From Raillietiella orientalis (taxonomy: Eukaryota), in contig JAYWIR010000093.1 in assembly GCA_036172245.1 (NCBI GenBank), forward strand, positions 124,001 to 188,000: a stretch of DNA of 64,000 nt. The letters run 5' to 3'. How positions within the stretch are numbered: the first letter of the stretch is position 1; each line of letters starts with the position of its first letter. This document shows, piece after piece, positions 51,780 through 64,000 of this stretch. The notes under the pieces are model-generated. The model searched no databases. It was not told the DNA's origin and was given only the letters and a program-made list of their open reading frames with translations. The translations under genes and the position numbers were made by a program.

Positions 51780-54700
51780 CTTATGGTTCAAATTCTGGAT
51801 AAATTACGAGATACTTTAGCGAACAAAAACGCCGATAGCAATCTCCGAAATTGCAGTTCTCTTTATAATCGCCTTTTCATCGAACATTTGAACTTCAAGG
51901 GTCCGAGGTGGCTTCAAAGTGTTTCCGGGAAAGTCCGGCTGAGAAAACGTCGGGAGAAGGAAGATCCCAAGTATTTTCCGAGTTTCGGTTCCATTTTCGT
52001 CGAATTTCGTTATTTGAGATGGATGTCAACATGAACATGGCAAAGATGATGTGAAGGGTTGTGCTTATCTGTCTGCTGTTTTCCAGACGACGTTTCTGTT
52101 GACCTCCTCGATCGGTTCGCAGCAATCAGCTCAACGCTGAACTCTTACGTACCCATCGAACAGCAGGAAACGGGGAGTATGAAAAAGTTCCTCTTATTTA
52201 GCGTTTACTTAGCTGGAGCATCATGAAAACGCCCTGGAGCTTTGAAGTTGCCTTTCAGGGTCATATTACTTATGTCGCTGCTTCCTTATGTAATTTTCCT
52301 TTCGAGCTAAAGTTCAGAAATCATCCCTTATGCTGATGACATCCCAAACGCTCGATCCGTGGGCGCACGTGAAGAACTGTTCCTCCTATTGCTTGAGGAA
52401 ATTTTTCGAGTTTTCTCAACTCGGATGATCTGAAAAGAACCCCCCACTGGGGACAGCCCCATTACGCGTTCTGTGGCTAACAAAAGGTTTCCAAATCCTT
52501 CGAGACAGATGAGGGAAATTTCCCACTCAAAGCGCTGATCACGGAATTCACACAATTTCCTCACCGAATTCAGCAAATTTCGCAACGATCTGGAAGGATT
52601 GTGACAGCCAACATTTATTTGTCTCTGAGTGATGCAAGAAGTCGTCGCGATTGCAACTGAATTTTTCCGTTTGACCAAAGTGAATTTAGGGACAACCGAG
52701 CATGATTAAGGGACTGTTCAGTGGACAGTGTTTTTTTTTTGTCTTTCCCACAAAAGCTATCTTTCACATATCTTTAACATTAGAAGTCTTCGACGTCCAC
52801 CTGAAAAATGCAATTCCTTTCATTTTTTGTTTTGAAAAAAAAAATCAGGTGGACGTCAAAGATGTTATAAATTCAAGGTTCTGTCGTTATGGTCCATTAT
52901 GTGCTGCCGTTTCACTGCAAAAGCCTTCTACTGTGCCAACAACTTCAAATTAGGGTCCTCAGCCAAGTCAGATGCCAGCGCGATGCCTTTGAGATGAGTG
53001 GAAACGAATTTTCCATGCTTTCGGCACCTCGCACAGTGTGAGATGCTTGCAACGAACTGAGGTCTGAGAATAGTGAGGATGCAAGGGCGAGATTGAGACT
53101 TTCTCCTCGTGCCAACTTACATCTTGAAAGAATAAATTGCGAAGTATAACTCGAGCTTTTCTCGTTTCTAAATCACGAGGATTCGATCCATTCCAGATTC
53201 GGAGCATCCATTTGCGTTTTTCAACACCGATGCGAGAAAATTTCAATACCTCAACGTTGCATCTTTTTGGAGATTGGAGAGATGCACAATGACAGCTCAT
53301 CGCTTCAGAGGGAAGCTCTATTGCAGCCCAGCTTCAATGCTCCCTGGAGCCTCAAATTTTAAAGCGCACTGCCAAGGAATTCTCAGGATTTCCCCTTTCA
53401 GGTGCTATGGTTGGTCATAACGTAATGTTCAAAGCTCCTGGATATCATGATGAGTAATCGCTCTTAACAAGGTGGAATGCCTTTAATGTCTCTTGATTTG
53501 GCAATGAAAGCAGTGTCTTTGACCGCTGCCATATTGTGCTAATGGACAATTTTTTTTCCATATCGCAAACAAGTTCAATAGGCCCAAGTTTGTTTATAAC
53601 TTCATATATGGCCACTTTATTGCTACAGTTTGATAAGCCTGTGGCCAATCGAAGAAGATACGAGCAGTTTGAATGGTCCCTATCTATCTGGAAAATCAAG
53701 AGTGCTGTTGTTGAAAAAATAGGAAATGCTCTTTGCCTCGTGTTTTCACCTCTCCGCCGACCGAACAAACTTCATCTACACATCCAAAAGAAAAATCGCC
53801 AACAAATTCCCAATTGATTGCACGTGCTTTGAGGATTATTTCTTTCGTGCTCATGATGAATGTCTGCCTAAGAGCTCTTCTTCCCCAAGAGATGTTCACC
53901 AATTCGTTTGCCAGCCTGGAAAGCCGTGGTCTGAGAGGTGTACTGCACGGCTAACGAGACGTATTCCTATGGCAACACTTTCATCGCAAAGACGGTCGGT
54001 GCCCGTCAATCAGTGCTCACAGAGCAGCTGAATTCTCACTGAATTTCATCTCTCACGCTGGCTTGTGCTATCCAAAGAGAAATAAGTTCGTTTGATACGT
54101 TTGAATAGTAAAAGAGCGTAAGAAAACCATAGAGTACAGGAATGAAAACTTGAAACGTTAGCTCAGAATTTGCTTCTAACGGATGCACATCGAGAAAAGA
54201 GGAACCATTTGTTTGAAACCACAAAATATTCATCCATTAATTCAATTATTTTTAGCAGAAAAATGTACTGTGGTAGATCGTAGCTCAATTTTCACTAGAT
54301 CTGTCGCAATTACCAATTAATAATCAACGAAAGAAATGATGTTTATAGCTCTGTGACAGTATAATAACCTAGAGGTAAGCATTTGGATCCTAAATATGGA
54401 GATTGCATTTAGGAACTTTGTCTTTTGCTAAAAACGCTGTTTCACTCCCATGCACCTAAAATCTTTAGGTGTCAGTAAGAAACGAGGCAATAAAACAAGG
54501 CAAACTTCACCATTTCACTTGTATGTTGGAGTATTTTTTTTTTTTCTTCTTAGGTGTCTTCTTGATCTTTAATCTTCCGTTTAGGCAGTTCCATTTAGGC
54601 GTATCATTTACAGTTCAGCACCCTTTTACGCCCAAGTTTCTTTTTTCTTTCTGCCTCCTTTTTTCCCCTCGACTTCTGCAGATTCATAAAGCTGAGATCA

Positions 54701-56180
54701 TGTAACCATTCCAGCTGTCAAATACGAGCTAATTTTTCAGTTTAATGTGCTCATGTTCTTTCCGTGCTAATGTTTTATTTTTTCATTTATTAAGTAGAGA
54801 GTGGCTCTATAAATTTCCATCTTTCTTTCAAACCTGCAAATGCTGGAATTCTTTGCTAAATGCGTTGTTGTTGTTTTTTGAATCTTCGAAAAACTAACGG
54901 TTTTAGTGCCCGCTGCTTTGGGTACTAAATTTTCATAATGGGAAGGTTTTTTCATCAAGTGGGTAAACTCTTTTTCCTTCTTTTTGAGATCACTAGCAAA
55001 CTGTTTTCACATATTTTTGGCATTTCATAAATTGCATGGTAGCAGATTCATTATACTGTACTACGTTCGAAAATTATTTAATCGGATCACATTGCTTTTA
55101 AGAACAAATGAGGCTGTTTTATGAGACACTGGCCTTGAGATTCTAATGGTCTTTTGACATTTCATGAGTCCTGGGATTCCTTTACTTAGTCATTTTGCAT
55201 ACTCAGTTCGAACTCTGGTCTGAGATCTTAGATTTGATGGTAATACTTTTGCATAGTTGCTTTCCTGAAAAACTAAGGATACATAAGTATAACTCTGCTT
55301 GCATATTAACATGGATTTCATCAACTGCATTCTTTTGAAAAACTCGAAACGTAAGGAATATGGAGACGAACATTAGTTTTAGAAGAGAGCTATTGGGAAG
55401 CATGTAAAACGCTAATGCTTTTGAAAATCCTACAAATAGCAAGCGCCTAGTTTTCAGATCTATGATTAAAATGGAATCTTCAAAACAATTTCCCTATGAC
55501 ACAAACCAACTCCTAAAGGAGGAGTGATAACAGCCATCTAACAAAAATTGCATTTTATTATGTATGTGGAAACAGTTAATCAGTTTTTACGCAACATGAG
55601 GAGTACAAGATAGAAAAGTCCACTTTCTGTTCCACAAAAGGATACTATACTCAGTGTCAATACATAAATATCACACAGTGTGACGTTCACATTCACTTAG
55701 TAGGGGATTAATGTCTGTGTGTGATGTAAGTGCAATATCTGAAATACCACAAACAGCGTGATCGTACCGTAAGGGAAAAGCAAACTCTCAGCAAATGCTT
55801 CCTTATTTTCACGCACTGCAGTGCACGGAGTTTCCCAAACTTTTTCCTCCGGAGCTGCTTGACATTGTGTAGCTTTGCCTGTGCGTGGCTCTCACTCAGG
55901 GATAAATTTCAGTTTGACCGTGGGTGAAATTGGACCTGGCATGCCTGTCGTCGAACCAATAAATACCTTTCGCAAAGTCGTGGCACGTGACCGGGCAAAG
56001 TGGGACGTCTGGGAAAGAGGGGATGGCTCGGCAGGAACCGACAGCTGAAATCGAATAGGTGCGAGTCATTGTACGATCAACTGATGGCATCAGTTCTTTT
56101 CTGAAGGCATGAGCTTTCGATAGGTATATATTTGCCCCGATGAAAAGTAAAACCAAATATTGGTCAAGCTAGATAGCATT
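51780..56180 (-). pseudogene. Probable decayed NMDA-like ionotropic glutamate receptor gene
   Basis: Collinear weak matches: IGANIY..AFRKEL and CPVTCHDFAKGIY (N-terminal domain), NVEVLKF..RKWMLRIWNG, VSISPLHPH, *RQNLEFI (S1), ITQRQINV..PSRSLRNLLNSV..GNLL (M2-M3), QFFTCAHGSSV (S2), KFDENG..PPRTLEVQMF (pre-M4). Residual splice sites, many stops. Confidence 0.42.
52787..52862. repeat. Short inverted repeat (18-bp arms, 17/18 match) with an A/T-rich loop
   Basis: TCTTCGACGTCCACCTGA ... TCAGGTGGACGTCAAAGA. Confidence 0.8.
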
Positions 56181-56588
56181 CTTGGGTTGCCTTTTTTTTT
56201 TGTATAGTGCCTTGCTTCCTCATAACACCATATGTAAGTCTGATTTGTCTTTAATTGCCCTATTTCAGTGTGAAAGTCATATACCCATTATTGCCGACTG
56301 CAGGCTTATGAGAAATGTGTGAAGTAAAAGCAGAATTTATCCACGTATCCCTTTAAACTTGTGTCGTTATCAGTGTATTGCTATTATTAGAATAAAAATT
56401 ATTGAGGATCAGAAAGGCATGTTGAAATTTTGAACTGCCTATCTGGTGGAATCAAGAATTAAAATGATTCCCTTTTTCCCGTGATGTATGCAAACATTCT
56501 ATGGAAGCTCAGATCATTCTTCCATTATTATTGCTATCAATAAAAAATATGTGCTGTATTGTATGATGGATTTTTGGTAATCTTTCAG

Positions 56589-59500
56589 ATGAACCGCAGG
56601 GATTCAGGAGCTTGTTGCAGTCCTGCTACTTTAAATGGTTCAGGATTGGATGGGCTAGTAAGTGATGCTCAGCAAGCCGTGTCCGAAGCAATACGGAAGT
56701 GTGGTAGGTGCATTCTCACGTAGTGGGCAGCTGGGGTGTTGTCAGTGACAGTTGAGTGTAGTAGGAATGCACCGAGTACATTCAAATCTAAAATTTCTGA
56801 TGTGTTCGAATGAACCAAAAAAGCAAGGGAAAAAAAAAATCGCAAAGTATGAACTGTTTTTTAGACAGCAATGTATTTAGCTTCTAAAGAGATCATAAAC
56901 TGCAGCTGCTGCAATGAAAAATTACCCTTCACAAATATTTCATCAAGGGCACCAAATTCTGAGATAAAAACAAGAATACTCAAATTCTGGATTTTATCAC
57001 TGGTGACTTCGTTCTGTCGAGTTATTAAATAATTTTGCAAGGATGAATTCCGCATCAAACTTAACACTACGATCTCATGTTACTAACTCTTGCACAATAT
57101 GATGTGTAAGCAGGTTTTAGAGGTGATTCACAAACAGGGAACTTTTATAAAAGTAGCAGTTGTTGGGGTGACTTTCATCAGTAGTTTTGTTAAATACAAC
57201 AAGCTCTTCATGTGAGCATTAGTCCAAACACTTTAAAGCACACTTTAAACACATGAAACCATTACTATATTCCGCTCATAAACATTTTCCAAAATAGTTG
57301 TTAGGATACATGATGTAGGTTTCATAAACAATCTTGGTTTGTTAGCATTCATTTGAAATAGACTTTACCTTTGCCTTTTGTTTGCTATCACTTTTAGCCT
57401 AAAATTGTTATTCAAATTGATGATGATTGTCAACCTTTTTACTTACTGTCATTTTTAGAATGCAAACAGATAAATCAATGTTCATTACTTATGAAGGTTT
57501 TCATTAAAAATAAAATTAATGGATCGGTTCTGTGTATTTCTGACATAAGTAAAATTGGCAATAGTTTTGTTAGATTTTGTTTGATTAGCAAACTGCTCCT
57601 TTTTAAAGGAAAATACTTCCTTGGAAAATTTTGATCATTACCTTACGGATTATGGCATAACATGCTTCAGTATTCCCAACAATATGTTTTTGTCTGTATT
57701 AATAGTAAATGTGTGAGAACAAGTTATTGATTCAGTTGGAAAAAAATAGCATTATTGTGGTCTTATAATTATTGGGTAAGTTGATGTCTGAATGCAATGA
57801 TTTTTTTGTGAATTTAAAAAAATATCAAAAGCAATTGAAAAGGAAGATGTAAAAAAAAGAAAATACAAACATGAATCTATGCTGACGTGAATAGGAAAAA
57901 AGCATTTTCACATAAATACATGTAAATTTATGTTAGCCATTTTTATCAGTATTTTTAGAAATTCATTTCAAAAGTAATATTTATAATATTAGCGACATGT
58001 AATATCTATGATTATACTTCCAGCTTTATTCTCCCCATTGTAAAGAAATCAGAAAACTGACCAAACATACTCACATTTGCATTCATGGGTATACATGAGT
58101 ATGACATGTGATTACTGATGAGCTGCTTGTAAATTATTGACAACCATTTTTGGGAATTTATGTGCAATGCTACGTATTAGGATTCTTGCACAGTTTGGGA
58201 TCTGCTATTTCTCATCAGTTTAGATGAAACAAAATTGAAAAACATCTTGCTAGTTACTTGTTAAAAACATTAAATTGTCAATGCGTTCATAAATTTGAAT
58301 TTTTATTGTGGAGTCTTTAAATAAATGATTTTGATTGTTATGGGTTGTTGTATGCTTAAGATTACATGATGGTCTATTTGTATTATCTGGAAATTCACTT
58401 TTACAACATAGTAATGAGGACAATTTTTTTCTCAGTTCTAAACATTTCAGCAAAACTGTTAAGTGATTGCATGTTTGCATCATGCTATTACTTCATATTT
58501 TAAAGTTATCAGTGAAAATTGCAACAGTAAAAATGCCAAATTCAGTGGTTGTTTGATTACTTGGCAATCCAATCAAGAGTCTTGGATGTTCAAAAAATTG
58601 CATTTTTTTTTCCTCGTGAAACTATATTTTATTGTGTTTTTATAAAATGGATATATTTATTTCTTGTCGTTGAATGCTACTGATGCATTCAAATTTCCTA
58701 CGTCTTTTGGTAATTCAAATAGTACTTGGAAATTTGTATGGATTTTTTCAAGTAGTCATGGTACCTTATCATCTTATTTGTATAGTTAATTATTGTAAGC
58801 CACTTGTTACATCAACCACAGAGTTCAACTTTTTTTTATAAAAATAAGTTCCAACATCAAAATCAAATTTGAAGTCAATTTTTTTACTGAATGTGTAGCT
58901 TATAAAAATGATCACTGGAAGAGGGAGTCTACTGAAACATGTGTTGGCACAGATTCACATACTTTAATGAGAAATAAACTAAAGGTGTTTTTCATGAATC
59001 CTATCCAAAAATACAAGCATACAAAGAAGTTTCCATACAAACTACTACTTCAAGTTGTCAAGATAGTTGTTGCCACCATTCAGGTAACACACAGTAAGTG
59101 TGTCCACATTTATGTGTATTTTAGTTATATTTCTTTGCACATTATCATTACAATAATGTGGATTACATCATGGACACGAGAGTCTGCTTTCATCATCTGT
59201 TTATCAAGGACTGGGATGAGGGAAGAGAAGTGACAGAATACCCTCCAGGTCAGGGTCCATTAGCTGTATATACACAAGAAGATTTTTATAGCTATATATA
59301 TTTTGCTGTCGATAGTGTGAGTTTAGACTTATTTGAAGGTAACTAACATTAATTTTGTTACAGTATGTCCACTTGCAAAACAAAAGTGTTGGTGTTTATT
59401 TTAATTCCGCCCCTGATGGAGAATTGTATCCATTAGAATTTTGTGCATCCTCTTACCGAGAGTTGACTGTTAATAACAACAGCTATGTTTTTGACTCCAC

Positions 59501-61071
59501 TTTGGTGACTAGTAATATAGGCACTAATTGCAACAGCAGAGACAAGATTTTGCAGAATGCCAGACGTTAATACCCAATAGCAGCACAGCAGCCAGTGAAT
59601 GGTTTCACAGTGATCTGCTTATTGATTTCAAATGTTTGCTGCATGCAAATTTGACATTTTTTGTCCGTACTATCAACCTGAGACGTGATTTTCTGTCAAG
59701 ACCGCCTTGCTGTTATATATTTCAAACGCAGCTTTCTTTTGTCAATGCTGAGCACACAGGGCAAATGCTATTATCATTGGATTTGCAACGCTATGTGATG
59801 CACTGCTCAGTGAATATGACAAACTCTGGTAATTTTAATATGTATACGTTAGGCTTTTAGCAGTTTTCGTGTTTTTCCAAGATTACTCATATACAGTCAA
59901 AATTGGTTTGACTACCCTCAATATTCTTGTGATGGGCATATGTTTCCTCTCTCTGCTTTTGTGCAGCAGATCCATATATCATGCATATTTGCTGAAGAAG
60001 GTTAGTTTGCTGTTGATAACTCTGTTGCTAAAAAAAAAAAAAAAAAACTTGTTTTTTTTAGGAGACTGTTGTTTTTTTTTTATCGCATTTTGATTTTAAT
60101 TTGTCTTTCAATGATCAATTAGAATTCCTCAATTGCTGGTACATAATGATCATTATAAATGATATACTCATCATCGTGGGATCAGTACTTAAACAGTGCA
60201 TTGAAGATCAGGTGCTCTTGTAAAGTAGAAGCTGTAATTAAGGTTGTTTCAGGGAACAGATAGTCTTTGGAATACTTGTGGTGTGCTCCTGTCCATAGGA
60301 AATTTGTTAGTTTGGGCAGGGGTGCTACGTTACCTAGGTTTCTTCCCCAAATACAACGTAAGTCTTACGATTTTCTTCATAATTAACCTTAACCACCTGC
60401 TTCATAACCATGCAGATCATGATTCTCACCTTAAAATGTGCCCTGCCTAATCTTCTTCGTTTCCTTCTTTGTGTTCTTTTGCTTTACTGTGGATTTGTGT
60501 TCTGTGGTTGGGCTGCTCTAGGTCCATTCCATCCAAAGGTAAAGTCTGTTACTTCCGATTTCGTTTCTTTCAAAGTATCTTCTGATATTCAGTTCCGAAA
60601 TTGGTCTACTGCATCTGAGAGTCTATTTTCATTAATTAATGGAGATGACATGTTTGCAACATTCATGTCACTCAGCAGCAATTCCTATTTGCTGTGGGGG
60701 TTTTCCCGCATATATCTGTATGTTTTTATTTGCTTGTTCATTTATGTAGTGCTCAGTTTGTGTATAGCACTCATCATGGATTCTTACGAGAATGTAAAGG
60801 TGAGTGTATGATGCCCTCGCATTTTTTTTAAATCTTTCGTAGACATTTTATAGTGAAGGCTTCCCTTCTAGCGAGATGTTTAATTTTATCGCTTCTGGAA
60901 TAGTAACTTCAAGGTCTTCACCTCCTGCAAGTGGGTTTTTCCATGCTCATACATCTTATTCACACAATAAAGGAAATTCCCCGTGAGTTCGGAATGATTT
61001 ATTGAAATGTTTTAACCATTTCTTTCTTTTCCAGAGATAATCTGAATGAAACAGCCCCTTTGTTATCATAA
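56589..61071 (+). CDS. trpml: Mucolipin (TRPML) endolysosomal cation channel, 12 coding exons, ~597 aa
   Basis: Exons 56589-56703, 58899-59083, 59125-59316, 59364-59511, 59556-59828, 59882-60000, 60062-60211, 60253-60357, 60416-60538, 60593-60799, 60843-60982, 61035-61071. KLKVFFMNP, FPYKLLLQ, GVLRYLGFF..YN, pore SLFSLINGDDMF, C-terminal dileucine ETAPLL. First and last exons less certain. Confidence 0.94.
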
Positions 61072-61204
61072 TTTGTCTTTCATTTTTGCACAAGAATCTC
61101 CTGCTACAATTTTAGCCATTGTATGCCCTTCTTTGTTACATATGTATGTGGATAGTTCCTCTTAAGACGAAGACTTAATCGAAATGATGATGAAAAAAGT
61201 GATC

Positions 61205-61210
61205 AATAAA
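61205..61210 (+). other. Polyadenylation signal of mucolipin
   Basis: AATAAA ~135 bp after the stop codon, followed by T-rich sequence. Confidence 0.55.
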
Positions 61211-61449
61211 CAAATTCTTATTTTGGCTACTTTTTATGCTATGCGATAGAGATATGTACGACATAACTGCCTCGTGGTTTCGGTAATGTGTTCGCTAATC
61301 GTGATTCCTTTAGGCACATTTTGGAAACTCGAACGAAATGTACACAGAATTCTGTATGCCTTCGTCTCAGAAACACTGCATTACCGCTGTGTTCCCTAAG
61401 CTCTTTCGTCCCATAGAATGTTTCCATCAAGGAAGTATCTCTTGGTAAC

Positions 61450-63900
61450 TGACGTCAGAGCTTTCCTGGCGTAAGGTTAAGGTTTAAGGTAGGAAGCATA
61501 CGGAAAAAGCTGTGAAAGTTTTGCTTGTTTGCTTCTGTGGAAAAAGCCGTTGCGAAGTGCCCTCATGAGGGATTCCGTTTATCAATGAAATTGTGGCCAA
61601 CGGTGCTCTTCTGCGAAGTCTGCTGAAGGGGCGCGCGTGGACTGTGCTGTCTCTTGCAGATTGTCCAATACCAGGCATTCCCCCTCTTCCAAGGAGGAGG
61701 GATCCCGCGAACGTGTTTTGCCGATTCCCGGAAATCCATAACCCAGCGCTGGTCTCCGGAACGGGATTTGTAGTACGTCCGGGTGCCATTCCTTCAGAAG
61801 TTCTGTTCTGCTACCTTTGGGGTACGTTGGATACCGCATTAGAGGGGGGTCAGAGGCGTCGTGTTACGCGACTGCAGGTCGCGACTATTTTTGCAGTGAA
61901 ATCGTGGGGCATTTTGTGGGGCGCATCTCGGTTCGCTCGTGTCGTATTCGGCAAGGTCCGTTACGTCGGTGTCTGTTCCTTATTGCTGGTCTTTCTGTGC
62001 TCCGCGGTGCATGGTGGTGGAAATCTTCCTTCTAGAGAGGCGTTTCAATCTGATCGCTTGCAGTATTTGATACCCCTTTCCAAGGGTCTTCCTGCCTTCG
62101 AGGTGGTCCCGCTTTAGGCTTTTTTCGACGTCGTTGGATTTAGGGGGTCTAACAAGTATGCTCTTTCGCAGATGAGGGCGACTTTACCAAACGACTCGGG
62201 CTTGGTTCTGGTTCTTGACTGCGGCTCCTTCGGACCCCCCGTCAGCCTTTCTGTCGACGGTCACTTACGGACAGAAAGTGGTCATTGATCGGGAGGTGTT
62301 TCGAGTGTTTGCTCGGGGTCTGATGGGGACAGGCGAGGCAGAGGCCGGGCGGCGGGATGCCACCATCGCCTGCCACGTGGCCCCTGCGTGCAGGCATTGT
62401 TGCGGTTACGTCACGCGCACGGAGTCTGCCGCGGATCCGTGTTCCGTTGCTAGGCAATGCAAGGGTGTACCAGCAGTCCGTGTACCAGCGGGGATTGTTG
62501 ATGACCGGAAGCCGGCGGTGGGCTGTGCGTGCCAGCCGTGGTGCTCTGGTCACACGAATCAGTTTGGTCAGCCATGGAACCGGACGCGGAAAGTTTTTCC
62601 TTTTTTTTTGTTTACCAGGAAGGTTTCTGTGAGGAGGAAGCCATTTGGACTTCACTTTGCCGATTCCACGGTGTGCAGCAAAACAAAAGTGAGTCGCTTT
62701 TCTTTCAATAAATTGCCTGGAAATGTAACGGCGGTGTCTGCAAAAATGGATTTCTGCAGGTGGACGGTTTTCAACAGGCATCTGAGGGGGAGGGGGGAGG
62801 GAGGGGGAGATTCCCTTTTATGAACTTTACGCGTTTTTTTTTTAAAGTTGCAATCTTGAAACCGTTTGATTCCAGCATCTGTGCTCATCCTATTCTGAAC
62901 ATGAGCATTTGCATAAAACGCGAATGGTACCTCCTCGAGGCACTTGAGGAGCATCGTGGACCCGTGGCCTGTTTTCCTGTTAGGGGTGGGTAATGGCAAC
63001 CCTGCGGAGCCCATGGCGAGAAGCCTGTGGTATCCTCAGGAATTTTAATTTCCCACCATAGGGGTTCTTTGCAAGAGCTTTCCGCACAAGGAGCTGCTTC
63101 GTCTTGAATGCTGTGTCTCTTTTCGCACCCACTGTGTTGCAATTCTCTGCAAGAACGTGTACTCTCGGTCTCTCCTTTTCATGTCCTTTCTTTTCGGGCG
63201 CAGTTTGTCTGCCAGTGTGGCGGGCAGCACGGAAACTCTCGGTGCTTTCAGTGGTCTCTCCAGGTCGAAAACACCGCGTCCCTCCGGGAGGGAAAATGTA
63301 CGAATATTCAGTGAAAGGTGGGAGCGGTTTTCACGTCTTTGGCTTCCGTATGTAAAGTGGGGAGTCGGTCGAGGAAAGTGTTGTTCGGGCCAAAGCCGAG
63401 CCGAGCGCCAATACCGAGCGGAAGGGATTCTTCGTTGTTATGGGCAACTGCCTCCATCGAGGCGTTGGCTGCAACGGTGTGATCCGTACATCCTCCGATT
63501 CAGATCGACTTGCATTTTCCTTTCCATAGAAAACACGCGTCTTGCTTTCGTTACATCTGCAGGACCCTCTGGAATGTTTCTTTTTTTTTGTTGTTGTTGT
63601 CTTGCAAGCATCCATGCCTTGTCGTTTCTCTGGAGATTACTGCCCGTCTGGATCCCATTACATCAGACAGGGCATTTTTTTTTTTTTTTTTTTACCGACA
63701 ATCAGGCTTGTTGATGGGCAAGTACCGTTTCCAACGCACCCGTCGCCATGCATACGCACCTGGTCCCTGGGCCGAAGGTCCCAGGGACGGGCAGGTTTGC
63801 ACTTTGAGTGGATAGGGGATGCGAGTTCCGCTGCTGCCCTTTGCTGTTCTTCCAGCATCACCCGCCCTGCAGCCGTACGAAGAAGACGCAAGGCGCCCTG
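61450..63900 (-). mobile_element. Decayed Ty3/Gypsy LTR retrotransposon pol (RT-RNase H-integrase)
   Basis: WEIKIPEDTTGFSPW, VPFAFYANA..QNRM, KNFPRP, PKGSRTELLKEWH..GFPGIGKT, RRRAPLATI in Gypsy order; frameshifted; boundaries approximate. Confidence 0.7.
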
Positions 63901-64000
63901 GAGCGGGTTGCACCCTCGATATTGGGTGCCCTCTTTTCGAGAGTGCGCTTTTCCGAGCACCCAGGCCGTGTAGGGTGGTGATTTCGTTTCGTTCGTCCTT

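Noticed and set aside
1..64000. CRISPR arrays, tRNA/rRNA genes, prokaryotic operons
   Set aside because: None recognised; spliceosomal introns and LINEs show eukaryotic DNA, and no regularly spaced direct repeats were seen.

Overview
Eukaryotic (animal, probably arthropod) genomic DNA, so the six-frame ORF track is mostly exon pieces and antisense noise. Right two-thirds: three intact spliced genes assembled by hand with consistent intron phases: PLK4/SAK (-, 24723-29531, ~778 aa), a rutabaga-type adenylyl cyclase (-, 34245-49121, ~1703 aa) and mucolipin/TRPML (+, 56589-61071, ~597 aa). This part also holds two decayed Gypsy pol remnants and a probable decayed NMDA-like glutamate receptor gene. 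Left ~23 kb: a gene-free block of nested, decayed non-LTR retrotransposons (Tx1/L1-like, NeSL/Utopia-like), a MITE and microsatellites. Main result: this block contains a ~5.6 kb fossil of a negative-strand RNA virus (Mononegavirales-like) that the ORF track misses because of stops and frameshifts. It keeps viral gene order (glycoprotein-like gene, unknown gene, L polymerase with an intact GQGDNQ motif) and sits directly behind a Tx1 LINE 3' end. A second, weaker nucleoprotein-like fossil lies at ~20.4-21.7 kb. All homology calls are from manual translation and motif recognition; no database search was run.
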